This document shows, one piece after another, positions 12,932 to 25,533 of a DNA stretch of 64,000 nt. The stretch comes from Octopus sinensis (taxonomy: Eukaryota). The stretch lies in NCBI RefSeq assembly GCF_006345805.1, contig NC_043003.1, forward strand, positions 55,800,001 through 55,864,000, in the 5' to 3' direction. The notes beneath the pieces are model-generated. The model did no database searches, had not been told where the DNA came from, and saw nothing but the letters and a program-made list of their open reading frames with translations. Made by a program: the position numbers and the translations under genes. Numbering within the stretch: position 1 is the stretch's first letter; each line of letters begins with the position of its first letter.

Positions 12932-15900
12932 CTACATTATTAATTACACACAAACACACACTCACATACATACATACATATATATATACATACGGACACA
13001 AGCACAAACATACACACACATATGTATACACGGGCATACACATGCCACCAGGTATTGAATCGTACACATATACATACATGCATACTTACGACACATACAT
13101 ACATAGATTCACACACACATACACCCACATACATACGCACACAGAGACAAACAAATGTTCACAGATACACAACACATAATTTTGGAAGCAGTTCGGAAAC
13201 GTTAGAATCGGACACACTTAAGTCTGCAAGTTCAAACTTAAAATATTCTTGCTTCGTGTTGCTATTAATAGTATTGCATTTACCCCTTTGCTATTTCTTT
13301 GTTTCCTGTAGAGAGGTAGCCACATCGCAGTCATCAGTAACATAACCTGTTAAAGGTGTATATAGGGCAATCCAGTATTTCACACACGCGTTCAATATCC
13401 GTGCGTTGAACAGTGACTACCATTGATTAGTCTCTAATCCTTATATTCTTTTGTGAAGATAAGCTAGAATACTTTTTTTGTCTGGTATTTTTGCGAGGTG
13501 TTTTGGGCGCTTTGGGATGTTTTGAAGACATATTTCTGGTATGGACCTAACGATTTTAAATATATATTAAGGCTTTAGCAAAGCTCATTATTGATACTTT
13601 ACAATCCGTCGAAAGTATCACATACTTGACGTATGCGTGTTATCAATATCACATACTTGACGCACGTGTGTTATTTAAACACCGGGTACTGCGGGGTTTC
13701 GAACGGGAAAGATACTTTTAAAGGAGTATAGTATTAAAAAACGCAGTATTCTGCAGGAAATGATAAAGAAACCGAGAAGTACAGTATTTCTCTGCCTTGT
13801 AACTTAACAATACTGTGCATTCGCCTCACTTCCGAAACTAAATGGAAATCCCTAGTCCCAAGTGTATACTGGTAGTCCAGAAACGTGTTTGCTTATTTGT
13901 AATTGCGTCACACAAATAGAATAAACTCAAATTTTGTAATAGCAATGTCTCTGTAATCTAAGCATGTCTTAGCGTTTAAACAACATAAGTACATCAAATA
14001 TGTGATATTAGTAATGTTTTAATTATAACTACTTCCACTGAATAATGTCAAAACATTCATATCATTTCTCAATGGTACGCATTTTGCAGGATAAACTATA
14101 GGTCGACTGTATGCAGCTCGTTAAAAAACTATTAATTTATTTTATCAAATTTCAGGAAAATAAAATGCAATGTCGACCTCTGCAGAGATTTCATTCCGGA
14201 CACAAGAAAATGAAACAAGACATTTTATCCAACATGCTATATATTCTTTTATTTTTCTCCTCTAATATATATGCTTCGAGGGTCGAGTGACAATGTTAAG
14301 ATGAGCTCGTCTCCATTTGATTAAAGTTTGCGAATGGGCTGTAGAAAGATAATATCGATGGGCTTCAATTTCGCGGATGATTTAATACGTTTAGTCCAAT
14401 AATATGGTTAAAAATCCGAATACCTGGACTTGAATCTATGAATCAAACGCTACAAATTTATTTATTAACTTCAATGTTCACAAATTGCATATTCAAACAA
14501 CAGCCTTCCTCTTTACATTAATTCAAGAACTGTGTGTTGGCGCTTCACATACTGATATTTCAACACATTCTCCAAACTTCTATCGAGACGCTACACAATT
14601 TGGTGATGAGTCTGGTACACGAAAACATATACGAGACCAACTGCGTAGTGTAGAATCTTCGTCTTAGCTCTAACACTTACGGCAAATTTTGAGACTTCAA
14701 GTAATAATAACTTGCCATTACAATTCATATCCTTAAGTTAAATCTTATAGCAAGTAGCTTTCTGTATCATGTGACCTCATGCAACTGTATCTAAAAATGT
14801 CGTTTTCAGATACGAATTTTATCTACTTAACACCTCCACCTGTACTGCATGTTGGCATGGGATGTCCGTATCATATATCCTTACTAATTGTTGCCTTGAG
14901 AAATGTTGTCCTGTATCATAATCATTAAACAAATATTTAATAGTTAATTATGCAACTAACAACAGTTACACCTCAAGAAACTGTACGCGATGAGCTGGGG
15001 ATATCCTGTTTGGACAGCTGATCTGATCTTAAGAAATGAAGCCTTACTGAGCATAATTATCTAAAAAGAACATATTTACAGTATTTTTGCTATATTCACT
15101 CGATAAAATGTGTAAACTGTGCTGTCTTTTCACAACGATCCAGACGCTGCAAATCTTACTTTATTGTTCGATTGTCAGTGGCGACCCCTTTTGCTTCGTA
15201 TTGCATGGTAACACAAAACACTTAGTTACATACAACCGATATGTACTCGTAAAAAAGTCAGAGTAATTCATGACACAATGCTTTTGCCTAGTTCATTCAC
15301 ATTTTCCCTTATTCATTCAATTTATTTAAAATATTTAACATAGGTGACTGTCTGAAGTTCAGCTGGCTGACCGACATATTCTACTTCAGGTAAAACTCAA
15401 GACAACGCATAATTGTGGGACCGGTTTCAATAGAAGCCTTTCGACTTTACGCTTCTACCATTTTTTTTCAGATCCTCAAATATACTTTTTGTCAGTCTTT
15501 ACGAAATTCTAAATGTAGCACAGAATATTTAATTAAATATTCACAAGACTTTAAGATCTTGTTTGGATAATCCCCAAATTCAAGTAATTACTGTTTGGAT
15601 AAACAAGGTATAGCTAATTTAAATAAATATTTAATCAGCTGTCTATTTATAAACTCAATATATCTACTTAACTATTTAATTATGAATTTATCTGATTAGT
15701 TAGTTAATTATCTTTTGCATCAACTTTAAAATCTGGTTTTTAATTACCCTACATTTTCATAATTTTCATTCAGCATTCAACAGTGGCATCCATTGATAGT
15801 GCACATTCCTGCTCTAATTGAATTACTGAAATAATATATATTACTTCATTGTATTTTTATTATTCTCATTTCATTTATGATATTTCACATTATTTTTTAT

Positions 15901-16069
15901 TTCTCACTTATTTACTTCATTTAATACTCAATTCCAATTATATCCCTTTAAATATAATCTGGGAATCATTTCTCTTCATAAAATACTTATAAGGTTTCCC
16001 GAGTGAATAACAACATATTTATTGTGTTAATCAGAACGCACCTTTGGTTAATGAGAGCTGATTGTATAA

Positions 16070-16225
16070 TGGCGCAGGCACGGGCGTGTTGTATGAAGTT
16101 CTTCACAACCGTACGATTCCGGGTTCAGATCTATGCGTGGAACTTTTGGAAAATGTCTTCTACAATAGCCTGAGGCTGACCAAATACTTGTGAATGGATT
16201 TCGTAGACGGAGACTGAAAAGTGTT
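16070..16225 (+). mobile_element. SINE S2 5' half (diverged)
   Basis: GATTCCGGGTTCAG...TGTCTTCTACAATAGCC...GTAGACGGAGACTGAAA, similar to 33170-33280. Confidence 0.7.
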
Positions 16226-16392
16226 CCTCAAATATATTCATACGTTTGTGTGTGCGTGTGTGTGTGCGTGTGCATGTTTGTGTGTGAGCGAGTTTTTGTG
16301 TACGTGATTTCGTGTGTTTATGCACAATACATACATACATACATACATACATACATACATACATACATACATACATACATACGTACACACAC

Positions 16393-16427
<35 letters not shown>

Positions 16428-16454
16428 ACACACATATATATATATATATATATA

Positions 16455-16605
16455 TAACGGGCTTCTTTCAGTTTCCATCTACCAAATCCTCTTACTAGGG
16501 TTTGGTCACCCTAAGGCTATAGTAGAAGATACATGCCCAAGGTGCGACGCAGTGGGACTGAACGTGGAACGATGTTGTTGGGAAAGCAAGCTTCTCACCA
16601 CTCAA
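16455..16605 (-). mobile_element. SINE S2 5' half, inverted relative to the 16070 copy
   Basis: CGGGCTTCTTTCAGTTTCCATCTACC...CAGTGGGACTGAAC is the reverse complement of the S2 head. Confidence 0.75.
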
Positions 16606-17117
16606 GCAAAATTTAGGTTAATTAAAATGTTTATGACAGATTTCAACTGCTAAAAGGCTAAGTCACTGCTGTTGTCCTAGAGAAAATATTTGTTTTGTCA
16701 CTGTCACCATGAATTAGGAAACCTAGGCATCGATGATTCAAGCTACTTCGGTTTTATGAACGGGATATATCGAAGAGCGGCAACTCTCAACAGATCTTAT
16801 TTTTCCATGTCGGGCGATGTATCAGTGCAAATCAGTCAACGATGTTGACTGGATATTACATAAAGCTATTACATTATAAGATTTGTTTAGAGGTTCTTCT
16901 CCAAGGTATATCCCATTGATAAAAGCCAAGTAGCTTAAAACGTCGATATCTGGGATTCCTGATAGATGGCGACACTGACAAAATGGAGTGCTTTCAGACA
17001 TTTTGTACTCTACAAGAAATACTTTCTCTGTGGTAACTAGCTAGAGAGAATTTGTCTTTAACAGTTGAAATATGTCACAAACATATCTCAACTAACCTAA
17101 ATTTCTCTCTCCCTCTC

Positions 17118-17154
<37 letters not shown>

Positions 17155-17509
17155 GTGTGTGTGTGTGTATTGTTATAATACTAACTGGTTCGATTTCCAC
17201 TCATTTATGTATATTTCCTAAACTTTTCGTTGCTTCTTGCAACTTCTTCAATAGTCGTCGAGAGTCAAAAGCCATTAAAGGGGTTACAAGAAGCATCGAA
17301 AATATTCGAAAAAATAAATAAGTAAATGAATGGAGATCGAACCGCTTTGTGTGTTAATTACTATGGAATTAAAACAGAATGTATCTACTTGGACACAATA
17401 ATATATGCTTCAACACACAAATTCACACAAACACACGGATATATGTGCTTGTGTGTGTGTGTGTGTATGTGTGTGTGTGTGTGGGGGGGTGTATGAGTGT
17501 GTGTTTGTG

Positions 17510-17828
17510 TGTACAGGGTAAAGGGTAAAGACCGCATTCATTATTGCACTTAAAAAGCTTCCGGGCAAATTTGTTTATGTAAGACCAGCGGTTGCTCACG
17601 CACACCAGCCTACTCTCTCCACATCACTGATGTTATCCACGTCAAAGAGAATGATCGATACAGCTTGGCAATAGTGACGTCGCAATTCCGTTTTACAGCT
17701 GAGTGAACTGGAGCAACGAGAAAAAGAAAGTGTCTTGCTCAAGAACACAACACACAGAGCGGGATGGAAATCGAACTGAGAACCTCGTCATTGTGATCCT
17801 GACGCGCCAATTACTGAACCATGCACCT
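17510..17828 (-). mobile_element. tRNA-derived SINE with a conserved central (CORE-like) domain
   Basis: Degenerate tRNA head at the right end (GAAATCGAACT...ACTGAACCATGCACCT on +). The central ACAGCTGAGTGAACTGGAGCAACG...AAGTGTCTTGCTCAAGAACACAACAC resembles antisense CORE-type SINE domains; recognised, not aligned. Confidence 0.6.
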
Positions 17829-20201
17829 TAACACACACACACACACACACAGATATGCATATAGACGCGGTAATCCAGCACGACTCTAGCCTCTAGCTGC
17901 AACCGGTGAAAGAAAAAAAGAATATATATATTTCTTTATTGCCCACAAGGAGCTAAACATAGAGGGAACAAACAAGGAGATTAAGTTCTAAGTTTCTAAG
18001 GTGTAGGTACAATAGGTAATCAGACTCTGCATAAGGAGTGGACAACCGCCATAGATATTTAATGTGTACGTGTCTATGTATACACGCATGTATGTACGCA
18101 TGTTTGATCAATAAAATACATTATCAGTCAAGCATTGGGTTCCTTGAGGTCAACTGAATCCGTTTCCCAAAATTACTGGTTATCGGCCAAAATTTGAAAG
18201 GATATCATCAGTAGTAGTAATGCTGTAGTTGCTGTTATTTTGTATCACAGCCACGTCGCTGCGGAATGTAACGAAATGACAGCCATCCACAACCAATTGT
18301 CGAATCATTCAGATTACGAAAATTCTCTGAAAGATTATTGTAGTTCCAAACATCACTCTTTTCTGTAACTGATGTACTTTCACATTTGTTCTTATATTTT
18401 CAATGCAGTTTGTGAGCGTAGTCGGAGCTCTCAAACCGTCAACACGTCCAATACTCATCACCAATAGCAGTCTATTTATCTCCCACTTCAGATTATTATA
18501 TCTGACCTGCTGTCTTTCGTCCCATCACCAAGACATAAAAAATCCATGAGTAGACAGGTTTTCAACTCTTTATTCACAATCACTACAACGTAGCTACATT
18601 CAAGATAACATTGGAGATTACATCCAACACTATATTTACCATGCTTATGTGGTTTGCCCTTACCACGTCTTTGTTCTATCAAATCCATATTTTCCGTAGA
18701 ACACCGAATGAATTTTTTTCTCGACATTAGCGTGCCCATTTTTCCGTATTCGTTTGTGTGACAAGTCACTTAATGGAATTGCTTGCTATTATGATAACAG
18801 CTTGTAGGAGTGATGGTCTCTATCAATTCTGGCATAAGTACAAAAGCGTGTTAGGAGTCTATTTGAACCGCAGCCAAAATACAAATGACAGAATGTACTG
18901 GAAAATTCCCTCGACCCCTACAATGAAGCTGTCTTTGAGTTGTACCATCGATCTAGATACTGAAATATGCTAACTAGGCTTTTGCCCGGCAGAATCGTGA
19001 GCACACCGGGCAAAAGCCTAGTGGCAACTCGTCCGTAATGTCAGTAATGAAAACCTCTCGAAAATATGGAATTGTAGTATTTTTGATGAATATAGCATCG
19101 ATCACAAATGATCAGTGAAACCTTGAATTAGACAATGCAGAGTCTGAGGAACGAGCTACTAATAATGGAAGAAAGGTCGATGGCAATGGATGTTGATGTA
19201 AGCAATCTCAGGCTGTAATTCTTCAGATACACCAGCTGATAAGATCTATAATGTCTGAAGATATTTTAGTCATTGCACTATGTTTATTGAGTTAGCATTA
19301 CCAGTAATATGCCATTGCATTTGGGTGGTGACGATACCGTTGGTAAGGTCTCCGTACCTCTACTTAAGTGTCAAATTCAATTGTCATACGAATATATGAT
19401 TGAAATAGAACATGAAATGAATTGTTAGAGACTCCTAGTTTTATATCACGTAACTGTTAGCTCAGCTACCTTGCGAACGAAGAAACTCATCACCAGAACA
19501 AAACAATTAATAAATAAAACCTGAAATAACGTCGCTTTAAATGTTATCAACAGAAACTCTAAAACATGCTACATGGGGAGTAAATAAAATACAAATCATT
19601 AGACACTAGTTACTGCTCAGCAGCTGATCGTAAATTATTCAACCGAATTTCGGAACATTCTATAACTGAGAAAAACAAAGAGGAACAAAACAAAAGAAAG
19701 AAAAACAAACATACTCCCCATTCTTTAATGCTGAAGATTCAGCATCCATTTAAAACTGCTTCTTAGAGTAGTGTCTTTACAACTTTGCAAGCAATTGTAT
19801 ATGACTCATTATGAAAAATATGATGCCCCAGCTCCGGAAGAACACGATTTATCAGGGGAATATGCCGGTGCTTCATTAGAACAATCACTAAAACTAATAG
19901 GTTTGGCATTTAAATTTCAGAGGTTTCAATTTCCTGTCAGATGCAGATTTGCCTTCACCGTCTATAAATTTCACGGATAATCAACGATTGATATTAGAAT
20001 GAATCTGGCGTATCCTACCTTTTCATGTTGACAGCTACTGCAGCATATGTGAACACTGACCATCTCTTCGTCGCAGTACACTGACACTCTCTTCATTATT
20101 GCGTGCAACTAAGAATATAGTTTATCCCAAGGCTGGGGAATGGAAAGATGTGAAAGCAATATCGCTGCCCAACGAAAACAGTGACAAAGTTATTAGTCAC
20201 A

Positions 20202-20583
20202 TACAAGGTGGTATCAAAAACCTCCCTGACTAGTTTTGTTGCGCACAGAGAGATGGCAGCACATGGCTGCTTTCACAGTGAGAGCTTGCAGTGACCTTCA
20301 TCAAGCAGTAGGGAAAGTACCATCACTATGTTTACTTCCCAAGTTGTGAAATTTGCATTTTTCTGATCACGTATACGTTGTGGCCTGCGATTTTGTCACG
20401 GAATAAGGTGTTAACGTGAAAGTTTGCATTAAACTTGGGGACTCTGCTACAGAATCATTGAGTACGACCTGGAGATGAAGAAGCAGTCGTCCCAAGGGAG
20501 GAGCGCTTCATCTCCAAGACAGAAGAAGCCACGACAGAGTTGAACCTCAATCAAGAACATGCTCATCGTTTTATTTGACATCC
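20202..20583 (+). mobile_element. Internally deleted mariner (DD34D-type) relic
   Basis: Starts TA|CAAGGTGGTATCAAAAA (TIR-like). Encodes NVKVCIKLGDSATES (N-terminal HTH) joined to YDLEMKKQSSQ..SASSPRQKKPRQS*TSIKNMLIVLFDI, matching mariner YDPETKRQS..W...SP.PKK.R...S..K.MLIVFFD. Confidence 0.8.
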
Positions 20584-20640
20584 TTCATCAAGTGTATTTT
20601 ATTTTTGGAAGACAAGTAGCCCGCGAAAGAAAAACAAAAG

Positions 20641-20685
20641 ACACCTGATGAAGGCTGGAGGGTATATAATCCGAAATAGTGTGAT
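20641..20685 (+). ncRNA. Minimal type-I hammerhead ribozyme motif (family A), decayed
   Basis: ACAC-CTGATGA-A-GGCTG-gagggtatat-AATCC-GAAA-TAGT-GTGA. The core CUGAUGA and GAAA are intact and stem I is ACAC/GTGA. Stem II and the cleavage triplet are partly mutated. The following tail to ~20740 matches the reverse complement of 48696-48740. Confidence 0.7.
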
Positions 20686-21202
20686 AGCAACAAACAAGAT
20701 GAGGAAAAATATCCGTCAATTGTAAATAATGTAAATAATGTGGATGTATGCATGTTTATGTGTATACCAGTCTACGTGTACTAATGTGCGTTTGTGTATC
20801 CCTATATGCATGTCTATGTCTCGGTATTTTGAGACACAATGATGTGTGCGGAACAGAATACCTCCCATCAACATGTACCGGACCACGCAAACATCTCTCC
20901 CGTAACTCAAACCAATGTTACAGTATCACACAGACTACTGCAATAAGAATTATCCCACTCCCCGCTTAAGTAAAGCAGCTTACATAGAAAGGAAAAGTAC
21001 ATTATCCCCAAATTTTCAATCATTTTAAATGGTTTCTATTTTGTTTCGTTTTCACCAGAAATATCCAGGCTACTCTCCTTAAATACAAATATCCATTTAA
21101 ATTTATATGTTAATAGCCCAATTTTTTTTTGCCTTACCTAACGTACACACATACACACAGAGGAAGAAATAGATAGATAAATAGATAGATAGGTAGATAG
21201 AC

Positions 21203-21274
<72 letters not shown>

Positions 21275-22060
21275 AAAGGAAGAAAGAAAGAGAATGAGAG
21301 ACAGAGAAGGGAGGAATGGGAGAGACAAACTAAAGAGAGAGACTTGCACAGAAATAAAGGTGATACATGGCAATTGGTTGTAAGCTGGAAAGAGAAAGGT
21401 CAAGCGGTATATTAATATGCAAACACAGAAATGTAGATGCATAGAAAGATGATTGCTTTCGCTTTTCAGCTACAGAAAACATCAAGATGGTGTAGTAGCA
21501 TCGCCTGCCAGAGTTTCATCCGATAATAAAATCTTTTTTTTTTTTATCAATTAATAGTATTGATTTCATATTTTGTTGCTAGCAATTTCTGGGCAGAGAA
21601 TCAGTTGATTAGATCACCCCACCGCCTAGTCTTTACTTGGTACTTAACTTATCGACCCCAAAAGGATGAAAGACAAATTCATGAAGGCGGCCGAAATGAT
21701 GCTAAGACCGGCGTGCTTACGATTGTGACAGTTTGCCGATTTATCATTTAATTATGTTACATTTTATTTATTCACCAGCATACACATATATGCACACATA
21801 CACACGCACACACACAAAAAACACACATACGCACTCACATAAACGATGCACACACACATACAAACACACACATACGTCACAGACACATATACTCGCAAAC
21901 AGGAAAGTGTTCAATACATGGGATAAAATTATGGTTTCTGAAAGTGGATTTTCATCTCAAGTTTTACGCCATGATACTCTTGTTCTCTCTGTCTCTATCT
22001 TTTTCTCTTTCTATTTCCGCTCACTCTCTTCCCCACTTTGCCTGTCTGTCTCTCGCTCTT

Positions 22061-22123
<63 letters not shown>

Positions 22124-23168
22124 TTCTCTATCTCTCCTTTCTATCTCTTCTTTGTGTCATGCATACACACAAGCACCAGATTTCTGCACAGATTCCCTGT
22201 ACTAAATTCCCCACTTATGTAATCGGTCAACTTAAAGACACCAAAACCGACGAGCACTTGCTCTAAGTAATGCAAAGTGAGGGGTCGAATATGTAAGACT
22301 GTGATTTCAAAGTGAGCGCCTTAGCCATATTAGCCTAGTAAAACACACACCATGCGTTCTTTTGTTTCTTTATAATTGAAAAATACTATGTACACCTTTG
22401 AATAAAAAGAAAATATAAAAACAAACAAAACGCAAAAGCAAAAAAGCATTAGCTATGACAAAATAATGAGGTTTGATTTAAGCTTATCTTTTACATGTGG
22501 TGCCGATTTCTTAATGATAATGCACTGGAGTTCTTAAGAAACATTTGCCATTTTATGCGCTATCCTCCGCCATTAAATTTTCAATTGTCTTCTGCCTATA
22601 ATATTTGTTTCGTACTTAAAACGTCACACATTTCCACTAAAATCATATATTTATAATATAGTTTCATACTTGAGGAAATGAAACGTCTAAAGCTTAATGT
22701 TATTATATTTTATTTTTCATTTTAGTTTCACTTGCTTATTTATAGATTTTTCTATTATATTATATTTTCTCAGTATTTCTTTTTCCAGCGAGTTTCTTAT
22801 TCTTCTCGATATATTCTCTCTTTGATTTTGTCATTCTTTAGTTTTTAATTTTATTGTTGTTCATATTCTGCTTTGCATTTTTGCTTTTACGTTTTATTGC
22901 TTCCTTTTTGTCATTTTCTTTGTTTCCTTTGCTTTCCTTCAATCTACTCGTTTATCTTTATTTAGAATCGTTTCCTTTAGATTCTAGCATCTATATACTT
23001 ATTCTATCCGCTAAACGTGCAGAGAATTTAATAATACAACATCGTCCATTGCAGCTGCAGCAGTACTGTCTCTATCTCTATAACCACTGCTCTGCTTTCA
23101 AATCTTGCGTCTACCATCATACCAATAGTAAAATTTATTTTTGTACAATAGGCCCAAGGCCTTACAAT

Positions 23169-23275
23169 ATTGAGTGAGAGAGCAGTGCATGCCATCAAAG
23201 AGATACTGGGGTAAAATATACAAAGCCCAGTATACCCATCATGACTATCCGTCTGATAAGGGTACACCAGGCATG
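23169..23275 (-). mobile_element. 5'-truncated copy of the 24141-24677 retroposon (3' end only)
   Basis: The reverse complement matches 24576-24680 with about 7 mismatches in ~105 nt. Confidence 0.85.
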
Positions 23276-23279
23276 TAAT

Positions 23280-23445
23280 TGATATCGATTACACCGATAT
23301 CAATTCTCAAATCGTACTTATTTCATCGACCACCAGAAGGATGAAAGGCAATGTAGGCTTCCGTGGAATTTGAACTCAAAACACCAAGCCGGAAGAAATA
23401 CTGCTTAGCCTTTTGTCGGGAGCGCTAACCATTTTGCTAACACAC
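23280..23445 (-). mobile_element. SINE S1 fragment
   Basis: GTACTTATTTCATCGAC...AAGGATGAAAGGCAA...GGAATTTGAACTCA...GCGCTAACCATT. Confidence 0.7.
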
Positions 23446-23479
23446 TTTCTAGGAAGGCAAAGAGCTTCTGGGATTTTTG

Positions 23480-24010
23480 ACTCCCACACAAACAAGGCGT
23501 TAGACCACCGAAGTCCGGATATAATAATGTTCAGGAAGGACGAACAAGAATGCTTAATGATCAATGTGGCAGTGCTCGGAGATCAATATCTCATCATGAG
23601 AGGAAGAGAAAACGTTCATGAACGAGAAAAGATTCATAAATAATAATTGAGATCGCTGCGAGAGTCAAACATAAAAAGTTGTACCAGTTGTCATTGGCTT
23701 CAATAGCACCCAACCCCGAGGGAACATCTGAAAACTTTAGAAATATCTTACAATCTTGGTGCATTGCAAATATCGGCCTTTCTTGGAACTGTAAGAATAT
23801 TGTGAAAAATTGTGAGCTCCTTATGACTTGACAGACAATACAAACCTCTGGGATCTACAAATCCACGATGTTGGATACTGTGCAACGTCTTCAGTAGTAC
23901 TACTAATAATAATACCGATAATGTGCACAGTAGAACTGTTACCAATGGTTGGCATCCTCGGCACAGCCAGAATAATCAAGAAAGTGTTGGATAGCCGAAA
24001 AGAACGAATA
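23480..24010 (+). mobile_element. Two overlapping degenerate RLE-LINE (R4/Dong-like) C-terminal fragments
   Basis: DHRSPDIIMFRKDEQECLMINVAVLGD (RPDI...K....C..IDVA.PGD motif) and LQISAFLGTVRIL, then TNLWDLQIH and GILGTARIIKKVLD; followed by (GAT)n. Confidence 0.7.
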
Positions 24011-24140
24011 GCAACAAAACCCGTGATAAAGAGATGATGATGATGATGATGATGATGAGGATGATGAGGATGACGATGACGATGACGATGACGATGATGA
24101 TGATGAGGAGGATGATGATGATGATGATGATGATGATAAT

Positions 24141-24677
24141 AAATGCCCTGATGCAGTACCAGGCAGTGGTCCTCATGGTTCCTGATCTGAACTGATTGGA
24201 AGTGTTATCATGTACATTGATTTGTCTTGGTATAAAAGATGGGCTACAGCAAATATTCTGCTCAATACCACAGATTTGCTTTTTAGTTGTTGAACCTTAA
24301 CCAGTTGAGCATGTCCCTTAGTGGCTGGCGTTATGTGCATCTCTGATCACAAGCAGAAGTAGTGGGAGAGCGTCATAGCCGTGTGTTGAAAGGAATTCTA
24401 AGACGTTTAGATAATTCACCTTTCGAAACATGCGTGGTTCGTTCAACATCCTTAAACAATCCTTATACAGGGACCTTTTGTGTGAGATGCATTACTCGAC
24501 CAGAAGAAAATTCTAACTGCGCTGTTTATCTTGATATGAGATCACCATACCGCGCACATATGGTTGTGATGCATGTGCCTGGTGTACCCTTATCAGATGG
24601 GTAGTCACGATGGGTATACTGGGCTTTGTATATTTTACCCCAGTATCACTTTAATGGCATATACTGCTCTCTCACTC
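24141..24677 (+). mobile_element. Unclassified ~540-bp non-coding retroposon ending in a stem-loop plus (AAT)n
   Basis: Preceded by (GAT)n and followed directly by (AAT)n. It has a 3' stem ATACTGGG/CCCAGTAT, and a 5'-truncated second copy at 23169-23275. There is no recognisable tRNA head or coding capacity. Confidence 0.6.
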
Positions 24678-24727
<50 letters not shown>

Positions 24728-24858
24728 TAATAATAATAATGACGACGACACGATGATGATGATGAAGAACATGATATTGATGATGATGATGATGATGATG
24801 AGGATGTTGATGATGATTAGGAGGAGGTGGAGGAGGAGGATGGTATTGATGATGATGT

Positions 24859-24893
<35 letters not shown>

Positions 24894-24944
24894 ATGGTAT
24901 GAACACAAGTCAAAGGGAGTAATGGTAAACGAACACTACAAAAT

Positions 24945-25420
24945 ACTCTGGGATTATAATATGCAGTGCGACCAAGTGATATAGGTGAGACACCAGAGAC
25001 GGTGCTCATTTATAAAGATGAAAAAGAAGCAAAAGTAATAGATGCTGCAACACCAGACGAGTCGAGAGTGTAATGTACGGAAATAGAAAAAAATTGAGAA
25101 ATACCAGACAGCTCGGGACGAAATAACAAAGTTATAGGGCATGAGGAAATAAAGATGATACCGGTGGTGAATGGAGCATTAGGAGCAGTTTCCAAGGGTC
25201 TTGAAAAGTATATTAAAATATTGGAGCTGCTGTCAGGCTCGATGTGCTCCAGAAGACAACATTGTTGGGTAAAGCTCGCATTCTAAGGAGATTATTGTCT
25301 GTTTGAGTCTCAAGAGAAGGCGCTATATCAAACCTTAGGTGATATGTTATTGCCTGCTTTCAGTTAAAATATAACCGGTAATTAAGATCTATCTGAGAGT
25401 CTTTCAGAATTACAACAACA
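24945..25420 (+). mobile_element. RLE-LINE (R4/Dong-like) endonuclease C-terminus and 3' UTR ending in (AAT)n
   Basis: Frameshifted WDYNMQCDQVI...KEAKVIDAATPDESRV..EIEKIEKYQ...EITKL...LDVLQKTTLLGKARILRRLL. Confidence 0.8.
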
Positions 25421-25477
25421 ACAATAATAATAATAATAGTAAAATAATAATAAATAATAATAATAATAATGATGATG

Positions 25478-25528
<51 letters not shown>

Positions 25529-25533
25529 TTAAT

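Noticed and set aside
13617-13676. 31-bp two-copy tandem repeat (TATCACATACTTGACG...GTGTTAT), and an 18-bp one at ~460-495
   Set aside because: Only two units and no spacers; ordinary local duplications, not CRISPR-like arrays.
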